Positions 17,178 through 28,943 of a stretch of 64,000 bases of DNA are shown piece by piece (the stretch's first letter is position 1; each line of letters opens with the position of its first letter). This stretch comes from Rubripirellula sp. (GTDB lineage Bacteria > Planctomycetota > Planctomycetia > Pirellulales > Pirellulaceae). The stretch is taken from contig OZ244207.1 in assembly GCA_965216875.1 (NCBI GenBank), forward strand, positions 6,848,001 through 6,912,000, written 5' to 3'. The notes below the pieces were generated by a model that saw only the letters and a list, made by a program, of their open reading frames with translations, made no database searches and was not told where the DNA came from. Position numbers and translations under genes: made by a program.

Positions 17178-18026
17178 TCACTCGCTGCTGGTTTGTTCGC
17201 GCCATATACCGGGGGCGACGCCGGTTTGCCGTTTGAACTGGCGATAGAAAGTTGACAGGTCGTCAAAGCCGCATTCAAACGCGACGGAAGTGATCGGGAT
17301 CGTTGTGTCGCGGAGTAAGCGTTGCGCGTGGCCGATGCAAAGGCGGCGCACGAACGCGAGCCAAGTTTCGCCGGTGACTTGCCTGAAACGTTGTGTGAAT
17401 TGACGACGCGACATGCCCAGTTGTGACGCGGCATCATCGATCGTGGTTGCTTCGAAAAAATGTGTTCGAAGGTGTTCGACGTAGGTCTCCATCTCGTCGT
17501 CGTGAAGGTCGATATCGGTCGCTGACGCTGAATAGCTTGGCTGTTGAATCAGCACTCCAAGCAATTGAATCGCATCGCCAACCATGGTGATGGGGGTGGC
17601 TGGGCGGCGACGGGTTTGTTCAAACAGAAGTCGGCGAAGATGACGCTGAACACGAGCGGAAAACTGGGGCGATCGTCTGAGTGGGCCGGCCACGATCTGT
17701 GACTTCCAATCGCGGTCAAATCCCAGCAGATTGCTGGACAAGCAGAACACGTAAAGCGACGACGGATCATCGGCGTCATCGATGATGCGGTTTTTGTGGC
17801 GAGGCGGGACGACGATCACATCGTTGGGGGCAAATACGTATTCCTGGTCGCGGATCAGAACTCGACCGCGACCAGACAACGCATAGATCACTTTCACGAA
17901 CGGATGCGTTCGCCACTCCATGGAGAAATCGGGCGCGTGATGGCTCTCCAGAACGAGGACTCCCCAGTCCGGCATCTTTTCCGGAAGTGCGATCGTGGTG
18001 AGCGACGTGTCGGAAACTGCGTTCAA
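17178..18026 (-). CDS. AraC-family transcriptional regulator with N-terminal cupin
   Basis: Cupin (SHH..THPF..GRG..HKNR); C-terminal ITSVAFECGFDDLSTFYRQFKRQTGVAP. Confidence 0.93.
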   Translation of the reverse strand: MNAVSDTSLTTIALPEKMPDWGVLVLESHHAPDFSMEWRTHPFVKVIYALSGRGRVLIRDQEYVFAPNDVIVVPPRHKNRIIDDADDPSSLYVFCLSSNLLGFDRDWKSQIVAGPLRRSPQFSARVQRHLRRLLFEQTRRRPATPITMVGDAIQLLGVLIQQPSYSASATDIDLHDDEMETYVEHLRTHFFEATTIDDAASQLGMSRRQFTQRFRQVTGETWLAFVRRLCIGHAQRLLRDTTIPITSVAFECGFDDLSTFYRQFKRQTGVAPGIWREQTSSE

Positions 18027-18094
18027 GGGTTCACGTGCCGCGATTCAAGGCTTTGGTACGGGCCTGTGACAATTTCGACCCGAAGGTCGCTCGC

Positions 18095-19357
18095 CTACTT
18101 CGAAAGCGCGAAACAGGCAGCTTCCTCGGTGCTGCGAACATAGACTCTGCCATCGCTATAGGCCGGGGTCGACCAGCACTTTCCTTTGACCGCCTGCGTT
18201 CGTAGTCGCTCGTTGTATCCCTCGGGTGTGGCGTCCGCGACAACAAGTTCGCCTGCATCGGAAAGTACGATCAACTTGTCGCCAACGAGAATGCAGTTAC
18301 CAGGTCCAAAGCCTCGCTCGGTCCATTTGATTTCGCCAGTTGCCATTTCGACGCATTGAAGTGGAGCGCGGCCGTACTTTTTGAATTCAAAGATGCCGTA
18401 AATGTGGCCGTCATGGACAACAGGTGTGCTCCAGTGATTCATCAGCTCGTTCGGTTTGAACCAAACCTCCGAAGCTTCTGGATTGTCGGTTACCTTGAAC
18501 AGTCCGGCGCCGACGCCGTAGCCAGCCGAACAATAGACATGATCACCTTCGCTGATCGGCGAGGCGGCGGTTGAAACGCTAAACGGGAATTCGCTGCGCC
18601 ACAGTTCGGCACCCGTTTCGGCGTTAACTCCAACCAGGCCGGATTGCATGAAGAAGATGATCTGCTGTGACTTGTTGATGGTCGTGACATGAGGCGTCGC
18701 GTGCGTGATCGTGTCGTCGCCACTTTTCCAAATCACGTCACCATTGTTTTTGCGAAAGGCCAGGAAGGACTGCCCTGCACCGCCACCGCCGACGACGACC
18801 ATGTCGCCGATCAACAAAGGCGAGGTGGCGTTAAGCCATTTGATGTTGCGGCCTTCAAAGTCTTGGGCAACGTCTTGCTGCCACACGATGTTGCCGTTGG
18901 AAGCGTCAAGGCAAGAAAGCAACAGATGCGAATCGTAAACGTAAACGTGTTTGCCATCGGTTGATGGTGTCGAACGGGGGCCGTCGCCACCACGATTGTT
19001 CGGTGCACCTGCGTTACCGCCGTCGTGGCCATACTCGCTTTCACCGAAGGGACGACGCCAAATCTCTTCACCGGTCTTGGCGTTCAACGCAATACAGTTC
19101 TCGACTTTCTTGCCATCTTCTTGGACCGAAATCAAAGTAAACGCGCGGCCCTCTGAAATCGAAAAAGAACTGAAGCCTAGAGGTGCAGGTACCTTCCAGA
19201 CCTCGGTTGCACCTTGCGGCCAATCCTGAGTCGAGAGAGTTTCGGTCGATTTTCCGTCACCAACCGGTCCGCGGTATTGCGGCCAATCGTCAGCCGAAGC
19301 CAAAGTGCCGATGGAAATCAGAGACGCAACAAGCAAACCTGATAGTACGCGTTTCAT
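18095..19357 (-). CDS. PQQ-binding-like beta-propeller protein (BamB-like, planctomycete type)
   Basis: Signal peptide, DWPQYRGP..DG, GPRSTP, repeated GxxxW blades, CWSTPAYSDGRVYVR. Confidence 0.9.
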   Translation of the reverse strand: MKRVLSGLLVASLISIGTLASADDWPQYRGPVGDGKSTETLSTQDWPQGATEVWKVPAPLGFSSFSISEGRAFTLISVQEDGKKVENCIALNAKTGEEIWRRPFGESEYGHDGGNAGAPNNRGGDGPRSTPSTDGKHVYVYDSHLLLSCLDASNGNIVWQQDVAQDFEGRNIKWLNATSPLLIGDMVVVGGGGAGQSFLAFRKNNGDVIWKSGDDTITHATPHVTTINKSQQIIFFMQSGLVGVNAETGAELWRSEFPFSVSTAASPISEGDHVYCSAGYGVGAGLFKVTDNPEASEVWFKPNELMNHWSTPVVHDGHIYGIFEFKKYGRAPLQCVEMATGEIKWTERGFGPGNCILVGDKLIVLSDAGELVVADATPEGYNERLRTQAVKGKCWSTPAYSDGRVYVRSTEEAACFALSK

Positions 19358-19545
19358 GGTGTTTTTGTGTTCGATTTTGGTTGATGTTTTGGGAGAGGCA
19401 TCGTCGAGTGGTGGCTGTCGCTCCGACGACGAACGTCTGACTACGCTACGATTGTTCACGCGTCGAGTTTAGTTGGTTCGTTGCTGGTTTGGTACGGGAC
19501 TTGGTGGCGCAGAATATGGGCCGCGTGGAATTTGGGCGGAGTGGA

Positions 19546-20583
19546 ATGTTGAAACCGAAGCGATTGCTCGTGTTGATTGTTCTGGCGATCTCTTGTGAAG
19601 TTTTGTGGGCACAAGAGGCGGCTGATCAGCGGTCCGATTTGGTCGGGGCGGTGTTGCGGGTATCGGATTCGATCTCAATCGGACGTGAGTCGAACGAAGA
19701 CGCGTTGGAGTGTTTGCAAGGCTTGGTCTGGAAACCGACCGAATTCGATGCTTTCATCGAGAAACCAACGCGAGCGGACCAGGGTGACTATTGGGTGCGG
19801 TTCCCATCACCCATCGATTCTGGCAACGCCATCAACGATAACGTCGCCCTCGAATGGTACGCAGCCAAGAATGAAGCGGGCGAGATCACACGAGCTCGGG
19901 CCGTGGTGGTCGTCCACGAATCGGGGCGAGGGATGCAGGTCGGCAGGCTCATCGCGCGTGGACTGCGCCAGCACGGTTTGCATGCTTTTATGATTCAACT
20001 TCCTCATTATGGATTGCGAGCCAAGGCGAATGAGCGGCCCAAAAAGTCGGGTGTGATCACGATGATGCAACAAGCGATCGCCGATACGCGTCGGGCTCGT
20101 GATGTCGTCTCGGTGTTACCACATGTCGACAACCGCCATATCGGTTTGCAAGGAACAAGCCTTGGTGGCTTTGTGGCTGCCGATGTGGGCTCGCTCGACT
20201 CGGCCTATGACAGCGTCTTTGTCATGCTGGCCGGGGCCAGGCTTTACGAACTTATCCGCGACGGCAAAAAGGATGCAGCAAACGTGCGTCGCGAGCTAGA
20301 GGACGCAGGGATCGGCGACGAGCAGCTTAAGGCACTCGCATGGACGATCGAGCCAACGCGCATTGCCCATCGACTTGATCCGCAACGCACGTGGTTGTTT
20401 TCAGGAACGTTCGATCAGGTGGTCCCACCGAAGCACGCGTACGCGCTTGCCAAGGCAGCGAAGTTAGACGACAAGCACCACGTTCCCATGTTGGCCAACC
20501 ACTACACCGGCGTCGTCTTTTTGCCCTATGTGCTCGACCAAATTCGAATTCAGGTCACCACGCTCGATGAGCGAGCGCGGTAG
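19546..20583 (+). CDS. Secreted alpha/beta hydrolase
   Basis: Signal peptide; GTSLGG; DQVVPP; ANHY (Ser-Asp-His triad). Confidence 0.85.
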   Translation: MLKPKRLLVLIVLAISCEVLWAQEAADQRSDLVGAVLRVSDSISIGRESNEDALECLQGLVWKPTEFDAFIEKPTRADQGDYWVRFPSPIDSGNAINDNVALEWYAAKNEAGEITRARAVVVVHESGRGMQVGRLIARGLRQHGLHAFMIQLPHYGLRAKANERPKKSGVITMMQQAIADTRRARDVVSVLPHVDNRHIGLQGTSLGGFVAADVGSLDSAYDSVFVMLAGARLYELIRDGKKDAANVRRELEDAGIGDEQLKALAWTIEPTRIAHRLDPQRTWLFSGTFDQVVPPKHAYALAKAAKLDDKHHVPMLANHYTGVVFLPYVLDQIRIQVTTLDERAR

Positions 20584-20604
20584 AACAAGAGTCATGACAC
20601 CTTT

Positions 20605-22068
20605 TTACGGAATGTAATTGAGTGTGTAGTAAGCTTGGGCGTGCAGAAGTGGCAGGTCGCCTTTGGATCGCACGCCGTCACAGTGCAGTTCGTGCACGTG
20701 ACCTTCTTGGAGACCATCGATGTAAAGTCGAACGCTTTTTCCATCGGCACCAACGACCGCTTTGGTGATCGTCGGTTCGGTGTGGTCGACTTCGGGGCTG
20801 CCGTAGGACGATTGATAGATATAGGTGTAGGTCGAGATTTTGTAAGAGGCGATCGCCTCGACCGATTCTTGATTGACGGGTTCCGTAAAGGTCAGCTCGA
20901 AGCCGTCCGATTTGGCTCGCATCTCGTGAATCTCAAACGGTACTTTGCCAGTCCAGTCGACGCGTTCGGCGGCAAAGGGCAAGCGTCCACGTGAGCCCCA
21001 GCCACGATTGGTGCCACCGCAAAACATCTTCCCGTTGGGAGTGATCTCGAGTCCAAGCGATCCGCTGCTAAACCCTTCCAAGAACGGGAAGCACGCACCT
21101 TGGTAATGTCCTTTGACCTTTTCCAAGTAGCAACGCATCACCGTGCTGTAGGATTGGTCGGTCACAAAGAGCTGGTTTTCAAAGGGGCCAAACTTTCCAC
21201 CGGTGGTGTCACACGCCACGCCCGCAGCCGACTTGCCCATTTTGTTGTAGGGAAACAAAACGGCGGGCGGTTCGAAATGTGGCAATCGCTTCGCTTCGGT
21301 CATGACCCGGCTGCCACTCTCGGGCTCGTCCGGTTTCGGACCCATGACTGTTTCTGCAAGCTTGTACCATTCAAAACCACCAGGATGCCCAACGAACTTG
21401 CCTTCGCGAAGATGTTTCAACGCGCACGTTCCGTTCCAAGGACCTTGGTTGTCGGTATAGAAGATGTCGCCGTGATGATTCGCGCCGATACCACCTGGTG
21501 ATCGAACGCCGCTGACCGCAGGGATCATTTCGCCGTCGCTGGTCACTCGCACGCACCATCCACGATAGGGAACGCTACTGCCGAACGAGCCGGTCAAGCA
21601 GAGTACCACCCAGATGTCGCCGTTCTTGTCAAACTTCGATCCGAAGGCGTACTCGTGATAGTCGCCGGAAATCTCCCATCCGTCGTTGACGATTTCAAAT
21701 TCGTCAGCGACACCATCGCCATCCGTGTCACGAATCCGAGAAACGTCCGACCGTTGGGTGAGGTACAGCCAACCGTCTTTTTCGGCCATGGTCAACGGTT
21801 CGTGCAGACCATGTGCAAAACGCTTGAACTGTGAAGCTTTGATCTCTTTTGCGAACGGATCGCTGATCATCCAAACTTCACCCCGACGCGAGCAAACCGC
21901 CATCTTTCCATCGGGCATCAACTGAAAGGCACTCGCTTCAAGCACGACGCCTTCAGGGATTTCCATTTTCGTGATGGGGTAGTAATCGGCTTCGGTCGGC
22001 GCATCTTGGCTATACGCAGCACTCGCCAAGAGCAGGGACGCAACAGAAAGGAAGCGAATCATGTTCAT
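20605..22068 (-). CDS. Secreted beta-propeller protein, glucose/sorbosone dehydrogenase-like
   Basis: Signal peptide; [33 protein letters not shown]. Alternative start 22134 overlaps the upstream stop. Confidence 0.8.
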   Translation of the reverse strand: MNMIRFLSVASLLLASAAYSQDAPTEADYYPITKMEIPEGVVLEASAFQLMPDGKMAVCSRRGEVWMISDPFAKEIKASQFKRFAHGLHEPLTMAEKDGWLYLTQRSDVSRIRDTDGDGVADEFEIVNDGWEISGDYHEYAFGSKFDKNGDIWVVLCLTGSFGSSVPYRGWCVRVTSDGEMIPAVSGVRSPGGIGANHHGDIFYTDNQGPWNGTCALKHLREGKFVGHPGGFEWYKLAETVMGPKPDEPESGSRVMTEAKRLPHFEPPAVLFPYNKMGKSAAGVACDTTGGKFGPFENQLFVTDQSYSTVMRCYLEKVKGHYQGACFPFLEGFSSGSLGLEITPNGKMFCGGTNRGWGSRGRLPFAAERVDWTGKVPFEIHEMRAKSDGFELTFTEPVNQESVEAIASYKISTYTYIYQSSYGSPEVDHTEPTITKAVVGADGKSVRLYIDGLQEGHVHELHCDGVRSKGDLPLLHAQAYYTLNYIP

Positions 22069-22133
22069 CAAGACAGGTGTCAGTGAGATGGGTTGGGTGG
22101 AATGGGGATACGGGCAAATCAAGTCGATCGTCA

Positions 22134-25100
22134 TTACCAGTTGATCGATTGCGTCACCGTCGTTGGTCCGCTCACGGGAATCAAGACTTCCGTTTTTCCG
22201 TTGGACTGGCGAACGATCGGAGCTTCGGCTGATTCAACGCCGATCTGAATCGCACCATCGAGTTCAAAGGTGTTTTCCGATTTAGCTTCGACGTTTCCAG
22301 CAGCGACGCGTACGAAGACTTGTCCTGCGGGATCCGAGCCTTCGATGGGTGTGATGGTGAGCGAACGTTTGAACGTTCCGACCAACCCGTTGTTGTTCAC
22401 CGGGATCGGAGTGTCTTCGACGTGGAACGAGCCCGCGCGATAGCGGAACGTGGGGCGACCGAGTTTGTCCAAGCGATAACCCAAGAACTTGTAGCCAAGC
22501 TCTTTCGGGGAATCGGTTGGCCAAGGCTCATCAGCATCACCAAGGACTGCAACGGGCACGGTCGTTTCAAACTTTGCGACGCTGCCACCGAGAGGCACCT
22601 GTTTGCCAGGACCGCGGCCGACCCAGTGCTTCGATGCGTCGATGAACCGATCTTGCCAGATCACGGTCAATGCGAGCGTGTTGGCATCCCAGCAAAGGTT
22701 GGCTTTTTCGGGGTAGCCAACCGCAATACCTCGTGGCGATGCACCTTCGATGAAGTTGCGATAGATGACCGGTTTGTCATCGGGTTTGAGTTCGATCATG
22801 CCACCGACGATTCCTTCGGGGACGCCGCCACCGGTTCCCTTGGCCAAATAGGCCCACATCGATGCCAATTGCTTGTCTTTGTCACCGCCGTAGATATCCA
22901 TGACGGTACTTTTGCCTTCCGGAAAACCGTTGGGCATTCGCGTGCCGGGCCGGTATTTCTGTGGGTTGGGCAAATAGCGGTGGAACCAATCTTTGCGGAT
23001 CCTTGCTGCCATTGTGTCGAGCGCGATCGCTTGGATGCCGGTCGACTTGAACTTTCCAAAGGTGTGGCAACTGACGCAGGCGAGTCCCTTACTGCCAACC
23101 ATTTTTCGGCCCGTTGAAACGATCCGGTTTTCCGGTTCATCCAGTTCGGCATACTTTGCTTCATTGATCGAATCGAGTTTCGCAAAGGTCGAAACAATCG
23201 ATTCCGCAGAAGATCCAAACCGGGGCATAAACGTTTTCATGTAGGGACGACTCTTGTCGCCATCTCGCACGACCTTCTTCATCCAGTCTTCGCGAAGTTT
23301 GTCGCCCACGCCATCGAGCGACGGTGGCAACCGTCCTTCATCGCCCATTTCTGGAATCGTACTGATGAACAGTGCGTTGCGGTCTGACTCGGGACCACCG
23401 ATTCCATCACGGCCGTGACAGGCATAACAGTTCATCGCTGTCATCGAGTGGGACAGGGTCATGTCGGCGGTTGGTTGGCCCTTTGGCGAACCAGCTTTGA
23501 CAGCGGCAGCAAGTGCGGCGGACTGAGTGTCGAGTAGCTCGAAATTGGGCACGCCCGGTTTGGGCTCGCCACCCAAACAACCACCTTCGTCGCAATCGGC
23601 AAGCGAAGGAGCCGTGATCGCTGATTCGATGCGTTTACCGTTTTCGTGACGCTCGTGGCAAGATGCACAACCGAGCGAGCGAAACAGTTGACGCCCTGTT
23701 TCAACGAGTGCTGGGTTGAAGGCGAACACATCAGGGTCCACCTCTTCCGATGCGGCGACCTCTTTCAGGTCAGCAGCGTTGCGATCAAGCAGGATGGCTT
23801 TGTCGATCCCGCCCGATTTGAGTCCCGGGCCGGCCCAGTTGACTCGCAGGTCTTCGCCACCGCCCGCTTCGAAGTATTCAACGCGGATTGTGTGCACGCC
23901 TGGTGTCAGCCGAATGCTACCCTCGGCTGTTTCGCTGCCGTGGATGCCATCGTTGTTGACGACCATCTTGCCATCGATGTAGAGCCTACTTCCGTCGTCC
24001 GAAATGGTTTGGAAGGAATATTTGCCTGCTTGTTCGATGGGCAGGAAGCCGTCGAACCGCACGCCAAAGTTGTCATTCAATCCGGCAACGTTGATATCGA
24101 GTCCCTTGGCAACACCTGTTTTTGTCGGAGCCAGTTTGTCGAAATCGGGAAGCTTGCTCCAACCGCCTTCGTATACAGCGAATTTGACGTTGGGTGTCTT
24201 TGGCATTTCGCGATTACCACCCGCGAAGCCAACGGCGGTGTCGCCAGTCAAGTATTGTGCGACGTCAGCCCAGCCGTTGTCGCCAAGATCCAAGTGCGGC
24301 ATTCGTCCCGAGGGGCGAACGGCGAGCGGGTCTTTGAGAAACGCTTCCAAGCTGCCACGCGTGTACTTTTCGTCCAAGCCAACCAGCGGAATCGAAGTGG
24401 CTGGGTTCACCTTGGTTCCGTTTCGTGGCATGTGACACGCAACGCAGCCTGATTGATGGAAAAGGGTTTCGCCCTTCTTGCTGTCGGCTCGTTTGCCGCC
24501 AATCAGGATCGCATCGGTACCGACCAAAAAGTTTGTCAATGCGATTGCGGCGGACTTGCGCTCGCTTTCGTTCATCGAGCCCAAGACATCGGGCATCGTC
24601 GTGCCCGGTTTGACAGCTCGCGGGTTTGCAAGGTAGTTGATCATCCATTCGGCGTGCACGCGTTTGCCAACACCGTCCAAGATGGGAGCTTGTTTGGGTG
24701 ACGCGAGTGCGACCAGAGTTTCGTCAGCGGAATGGCAGGCAACGCAATTGAGTTCGCCAAGCAGGACTCGCCCGCCTTCGACCGACGCGGAACCGGAAGC
24801 GTGGAATCGTTCAAAGCCAGGAACGATGGGTCGGCGTGCTTCGGCGGCGAGATCACGCGGCTTGACCCAGATGTTTCGAAAGCGAACGGGGTTGCCGTGG
24901 TTTTGAAGGTAGATCGGACCGTCTTCGGGGCCTTCTTTGACCGGAGCGGCCCGTGTGCCACGTGGAAGTTCCACATCGCGATGGACGTAGACGCCATTGA
25001 GGCGAACGCTGATGACCGCGTTGGATGTTTTCTTTCCGTTTTCGTCATAGCGCGCGGCGGTAAAGTCAACGTCGTAAGTTTGCCACGAAAGCGGCGGGAA

Positions 25101-25757
25101 GCACATGTTCAGATCGGGATCGCGAATCTCGTAAATCCCACCTGTTTCGTTGTTCTTCCCTGCGAGTCCGAATGAATCAAGGATTTGTGTTTCATATCGG
25201 CCTTGATGGTACAGGCCACTGTTGCCTCGTTTTTGGCCTTTGTCCGAGGGTTGAAACGGTGTTCGGAATTCCAAGTGCAGTGTGTAGTCACCAAAGGTGT
25301 CGATGCTGGTGCAGCCTTCTTGCAACAGACCATCTTCGGTGATGCGTGCACCCTTCTTCCAATGCTTTGCAAGCGACTCTTTGGTCCCATCAAACAGCAC
25401 CACTGCACCGAGTGGCGGTTTGGCACCGAGTGTTGGGCTCTTGCGTTCGACCTTCTCGAACTTTGAGATCATCGCTTCGGCAGTAACGTCATCGACCTCA
25501 AGCGTCTTGATCGCTGTGCCATCCCAGCCGTCGCCTGGTAGGCCTCCGTTGTAGATCTTGACGGTGAACTCGCCGTCGCCATCGGCGATGACTTGCATCG
25601 CGCGTTGGCTTTCGACGTATTCGCCTTGCAGTTCAAAGTCAAAGTCGTCTTCGGCTGCCTTGGGGCTGTCGTAAACCTGGGCATTTGTCGATGACCCAAT
25701 GATGGTCATTGCCAAAAAAAGAGCGAAGCCCGAGCGCAACGAGAATGCAGTACGCAT
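22134..25757 (-). CDS. Secreted DUF1080 + pentaheme cytochrome c + PA14 protein
   Basis: DUF1080 ([31 protein letters not shown]); five CxxCH motifs; PA14 ([22 protein letters not shown]). Confidence 0.9.
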   Translation of the reverse strand: MRTAFSLRSGFALFLAMTIIGSSTNAQVYDSPKAAEDDFDFELQGEYVESQRAMQVIADGDGEFTVKIYNGGLPGDGWDGTAIKTLEVDDVTAEAMISKFEKVERKSPTLGAKPPLGAVVLFDGTKESLAKHWKKGARITEDGLLQEGCTSIDTFGDYTLHLEFRTPFQPSDKGQKRGNSGLYHQGRYETQILDSFGLAGKNNETGGIYEIRDPDLNMCFPPLSWQTYDVDFTAARYDENGKKTSNAVISVRLNGVYVHRDVELPRGTRAAPVKEGPEDGPIYLQNHGNPVRFRNIWVKPRDLAAEARRPIVPGFERFHASGSASVEGGRVLLGELNCVACHSADETLVALASPKQAPILDGVGKRVHAEWMINYLANPRAVKPGTTMPDVLGSMNESERKSAAIALTNFLVGTDAILIGGKRADSKKGETLFHQSGCVACHMPRNGTKVNPATSIPLVGLDEKYTRGSLEAFLKDPLAVRPSGRMPHLDLGDNGWADVAQYLTGDTAVGFAGGNREMPKTPNVKFAVYEGGWSKLPDFDKLAPTKTGVAKGLDINVAGLNDNFGVRFDGFLPIEQAGKYSFQTISDDGSRLYIDGKMVVNNDGIHGSETAEGSIRLTPGVHTIRVEYFEAGGGEDLRVNWAGPGLKSGGIDKAILLDRNAADLKEVAASEEVDPDVFAFNPALVETGRQLFRSLGCASCHERHENGKRIESAITAPSLADCDEGGCLGGEPKPGVPNFELLDTQSAALAAAVKAGSPKGQPTADMTLSHSMTAMNCYACHGRDGIGGPESDRNALFISTIPEMGDEGRLPPSLDGVGDKLREDWMKKVVRDGDKSRPYMKTFMPRFGSSAESIVSTFAKLDSINEAKYAELDEPENRIVSTGRKMVGSKGLACVSCHTFGKFKSTGIQAIALDTMAARIRKDWFHRYLPNPQKYRPGTRMPNGFPEGKSTVMDIYGGDKDKQLASMWAYLAKGTGGGVPEGIVGGMIELKPDDKPVIYRNFIEGASPRGIAVGYPEKANLCWDANTLALTVIWQDRFIDASKHWVGRGPGKQVPLGGSVAKFETTVPVAVLGDADEPWPTDSPKELGYKFLGYRLDKLGRPTFRYRAGSFHVEDTPIPVNNNGLVGTFKRSLTITPIEGSDPAGQVFVRVAAGNVEAKSENTFELDGAIQIGVESAEAPIVRQSNGKTEVLIPVSGPTTVTQSINW

Positions 25758-25870
25758 GGAGAGTGTTTGATCCGAATCAGTTTGTGCGTGACCAGAAATG
25801 AAACGACGCTATCGCGACGTTCATCATCCGTGGGCTATCGACGCCAACGCAGGACCAGACTTGATGTGTT

Positions 25871-25884
25871 TGAAAGCGGTTACA
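25871..25884. promoter_or_regulatory. LacI/GalR-family operator-like palindrome
   Basis: TGAAAGCGGTTACA fits TGWAANCGNTTWCA; about 114 bp upstream of ATG 25757. Confidence 0.6.
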
Positions 25885-26271
25885 CGAACCATCCGAAACA
25901 AACGACATCTACAACGTGGGGCATGCGCAGTCGTCAATAGGCAGGGGCTGAATGTCCTGCGGTTGCTTGAAGGGGGGCACCAGCATCGGCTGGTGTTGGT
26001 CGCTACCTGCATTTTCGAGGTAGCTTGAAACCAGCAACCACCATCTCAGCAGTGACCATTGTATTCAGAACTCGAAAAATGTGCACAGCGGCCGATGCGG
26101 CTTCCCGAGTCTGAACATGGAATCCCCCCGGTTGGTGCCAGGATGCAGCCGGTTTTTGGGTTGGGCCCGTTTCGCAGTCCAGTTTGTAATCCCCGGCTTT
26201 CGCCGGAATCTTCAGCTTCCATCGCCCCCAAGGCGGTGCGAGAATCGGTCGACCGACTACATCGGGGCATA

Positions 26272-26345
26272 TTGGGACTATTGCGCTGGGACCCAATGAA
26301 CTGGGTCCCAATGAACTGGGTCCTACTGCACTGGGGCCAACAGCC
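26272..26345. repeat. Degenerate 15-bp tandem repeat overlapping the cls stop
   Basis: CTGGG-led units at 26286, 26301, 26316, 26331 (CTGGGWCCCAATGAA x2 plus variants). Confidence 0.8.
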
Positions 26346-27813
26346 TCGAGACGCGAACGAGGAACCGGAACGGTAGGGCGCGTTTGGTGTATTCGGTTTG
26401 CGAGGCGAGTTTGCTGTTTGCAAAATCGTCGATCAGCATCTTTTCGACGTCGCGGGCGATCTCCCGCCCCATCAGCAACATGGTGATCTCGAAATTCAAT
26501 CGCATCGATCGATTGTCGAGGTTGGCCGTTCCAACCGCAGCGATATCGTCGTCGACAAGAAAGACTTTTTGGTGAAGGAACCCAGGTTGGTACCGATAGA
26601 TTTTGATGCCCGCCTCTTCGGCTTCTTCGAAGTACGACATTGATGATAGATAGACCATGATTTGGTCCGGGTTCTGAGGAATCAAGATTCGCACGTCGAC
26701 ACCACGCAAAGCAGCAAGCTGCAACGCCGACATCAACTGTTCGTCTGGAACAAAATAGGGGCTGACGATCCACAGACGTTTTTCGGCTGAATTGATTGCG
26801 TGCAGAAAGAAGAGCGTGCCGGTTTCGAGTTTGTCGGCTGGACCAGTGGGGATGCAGGCCGCGGCCGTCTTTCCGCCTTCGACCCCTTCGGGATCCCAGT
26901 CCAACTTGGGTGTTTCGCCCGTGGCCCAAATCCAATCTTCTAAAAAAGGAACCTGGATGCACTGGACGACGGGACCGCTCAATTGCACGTGCGTGTCGCG
27001 CCAAGGCGTGAGCGTTGGATGCTTGTGCACGTATTCATCGCCAACGTTGTGCCCGCCGACATAGGCCGTGTGTCCATCGACAACGACGATTTTGCGATGG
27101 TTGCGAAAGTTCAAGCGAAAGCGATTACCGTCACCTTGTGTTGTGTTGAATGGAGCGATTTGTGCGCCCGCGTCGCGCAGCTCTTGGGAGTATTTTTCTG
27201 AGAGGTCCTTGCTGCCGAGTTCGTCGTACAACACGTACACTCGCACACCATTGTTCGCTCGCTCGATCAAAGCGTCTTTGAGTTGTTGTCCGAGGTCGTC
27301 ATCGCGAAGGATATAGAACTGAACCAAAATGTAATCTTTGGCTTCGGCGATGCCTTCAAAGATTGCCTTGAACGTGTCTTCGCCGTCGATCAGAAGTTTG
27401 GCATCGTTCGCGGTTGTGATTGGCAACCGACTGATGTTGTCCAGCAGCATCGCGTGACGTTCTTGTGCTGGTGTTTCTGGAATCAGCAACAGTTCATCGT
27501 CTTCAAGCTTTTGTTTGGCTCGCTGCGCCGTTTCATTGCCGGCAATGAACTCGGTGTGACGCAATAACTCGTATCCATCGAACCGCGATTGACCAAACAC
27601 CCAATACGCTGGGACCGCAACGTAGGGGAATGTGTTCAAGCTAATGGCCCAAGCAATCGCGCCCTGTGACGTCCGCGTTGACATGACGGCGCGAACTGAG
27701 GTGATCGCCCCCAGCAGATGCATGATCAATACGAAGACAACGGCTAGTCTGCGGCGCCGACTCCCTTTGACGGGGGTTGCTTCATCGTCGGTTTCCGACT
27801 TTTTGCGAGGCAT
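26323..27813 (-). CDS. cls: Cardiolipin synthase
   Basis: N-terminal TMs (PLDc_N), two HKD motifs RNHRKIVVVD and LHQKVFLVD, WRDTH, SPYFVP. Confidence 0.95.
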   Translation of the reverse strand: MPRKKSETDDEATPVKGSRRRRLAVVFVLIMHLLGAITSVRAVMSTRTSQGAIAWAISLNTFPYVAVPAYWVFGQSRFDGYELLRHTEFIAGNETAQRAKQKLEDDELLLIPETPAQERHAMLLDNISRLPITTANDAKLLIDGEDTFKAIFEGIAEAKDYILVQFYILRDDDLGQQLKDALIERANNGVRVYVLYDELGSKDLSEKYSQELRDAGAQIAPFNTTQGDGNRFRLNFRNHRKIVVVDGHTAYVGGHNVGDEYVHKHPTLTPWRDTHVQLSGPVVQCIQVPFLEDWIWATGETPKLDWDPEGVEGGKTAAACIPTGPADKLETGTLFFLHAINSAEKRLWIVSPYFVPDEQLMSALQLAALRGVDVRILIPQNPDQIMVYLSSMSYFEEAEEAGIKIYRYQPGFLHQKVFLVDDDIAAVGTANLDNRSMRLNFEITMLLMGREIARDVEKMLIDDFANSKLASQTEYTKRALPFRFLVRVSRLLAPVQ

Positions 27814-27842
27814 GAAGAACCACCACATAACGTTATGCTCGA

Positions 27843-28943
27843 CTATTTGGCGAGTTTTCGGAGCACCCACTCAAGGGGACCGAATCGGAATCGTTTTCGG
27901 TACAGCCACGACGTGACGACCATCGAGAGAGCGAAAGCGATCGACACAGCCAACGAGACGCTGGTGGGATAGTTGGCCTGTGTTTCCGTTGCGACGGCGA
28001 TGGCGATCACAATCACGATGTGACCAATGTACCACGTGAACGCAAGTTGCCCGGCATTTGCCAATGGTACGAACCACTTGCCTTTCGCCGCGTCGCAGCA
28101 ACCAATGCAAGTCATGACGATGGTCGTTGCCAAGCCAGAGGCCGAGATCAGAAACAGTGGCATACTCGGAAACGAATCGGTCCCGAACAAGGCTTGCAGG
28201 TCATCAATGTCTGCCTGGGATTCCGCCAGAGGCAACGTTGCCTGAAGCAGACCGAAGGAGACCAATTCGGCTCCGGCCCAGGCGGCGAGTCCACCGAGGA
28301 TGTATCGGCGACGAACGATCGGGTCTTGTAGGTTGCTGCGACCGATCACCATCCCAAGCAAGAAGACTCCGAGCCAAGGAAAGACGCTGCGGAAGCCGTT
28401 GTAGAACAGATTCAAAAGGGCGCCCTGCGTGGTCCATAAGTTCTCATACTCGAGCGTTGCAAAGTCGATGTTGGTGCCAAAATCGATCGTCGCAACCAAC
28501 ACCAAAAAGACCGCAACGGCACTGATCGCACCGACGAGCAACCTGCGAGTACCGGAAAGGATGACAAAGGACGCGACGATGTAGGCAATGCCATAGACAC
28601 GCAAGATATCGCCGGTCCAAACGATCAGGTTCAGATAGCCGACGATGAAAAAGAAGACCCCACGTCGAAACAGCGACTTGCGAACTTCCTCAATACTCCG
28701 CGACGCTCCGGGACGAACTCGCAACGAGACGCCGATGCCCGCAAGCAGCATGAAGATCATGGCTGGGCGACCGCCTAGTTTTTCGAACCCGGTCGCCAGC
28801 AGTGAGTTGTCGACAAATCCCATCGACAACACGACTTGGAAATGTACGGCCGCCATTCCGGCGATGGCAATCGCGCGGGCAACATCGAGACCAACAATGC
28901 GATGGTTGGCCGATTGGGACTCGGGTGGATCAGTTGGGTTCAA
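27843..28943 (-). CDS. DUF418 (YeiB-like) multi-pass membrane protein
   Basis: [44 protein letters not shown]; 4-bp overlap with upstream gene. Confidence 0.88.
   Translation of the reverse strand: MNPTDPPESQSANHRIVGLDVARAIAIAGMAAVHFQVVLSMGFVDNSLLATGFEKLGGRPAMIFMLLAGIGVSLRVRPGASRSIEEVRKSLFRRGVFFFIVGYLNLIVWTGDILRVYGIAYIVASFVILSGTRRLLVGAISAVAVFLVLVATIDFGTNIDFATLEYENLWTTQGALLNLFYNGFRSVFPWLGVFLLGMVIGRSNLQDPIVRRRYILGGLAAWAGAELVSFGLLQATLPLAESQADIDDLQALFGTDSFPSMPLFLISASGLATTIVMTCIGCCDAAKGKWFVPLANAGQLAFTWYIGHIVIVIAIAVATETQANYPTSVSLAVSIAFALSMVVTSWLYRKRFRFGPLEWVLRKLAK

Noticed and set aside
18095..19357. Calling the propeller genes bamB or PQQ dehydrogenase
   Set aside because: Expanded planctomycete paralog family; no bam context or catalytic signature.
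26190..26232. tmRNA-like start GGGGGCGAT on the minus strand
   Set aside because: No following TTCGAC and no tRNA-like 3' end.
26003..27004. 333-aa minus-strand ORF
   Set aside because: Alternative frame inside cls; Arg-rich shadow composition.
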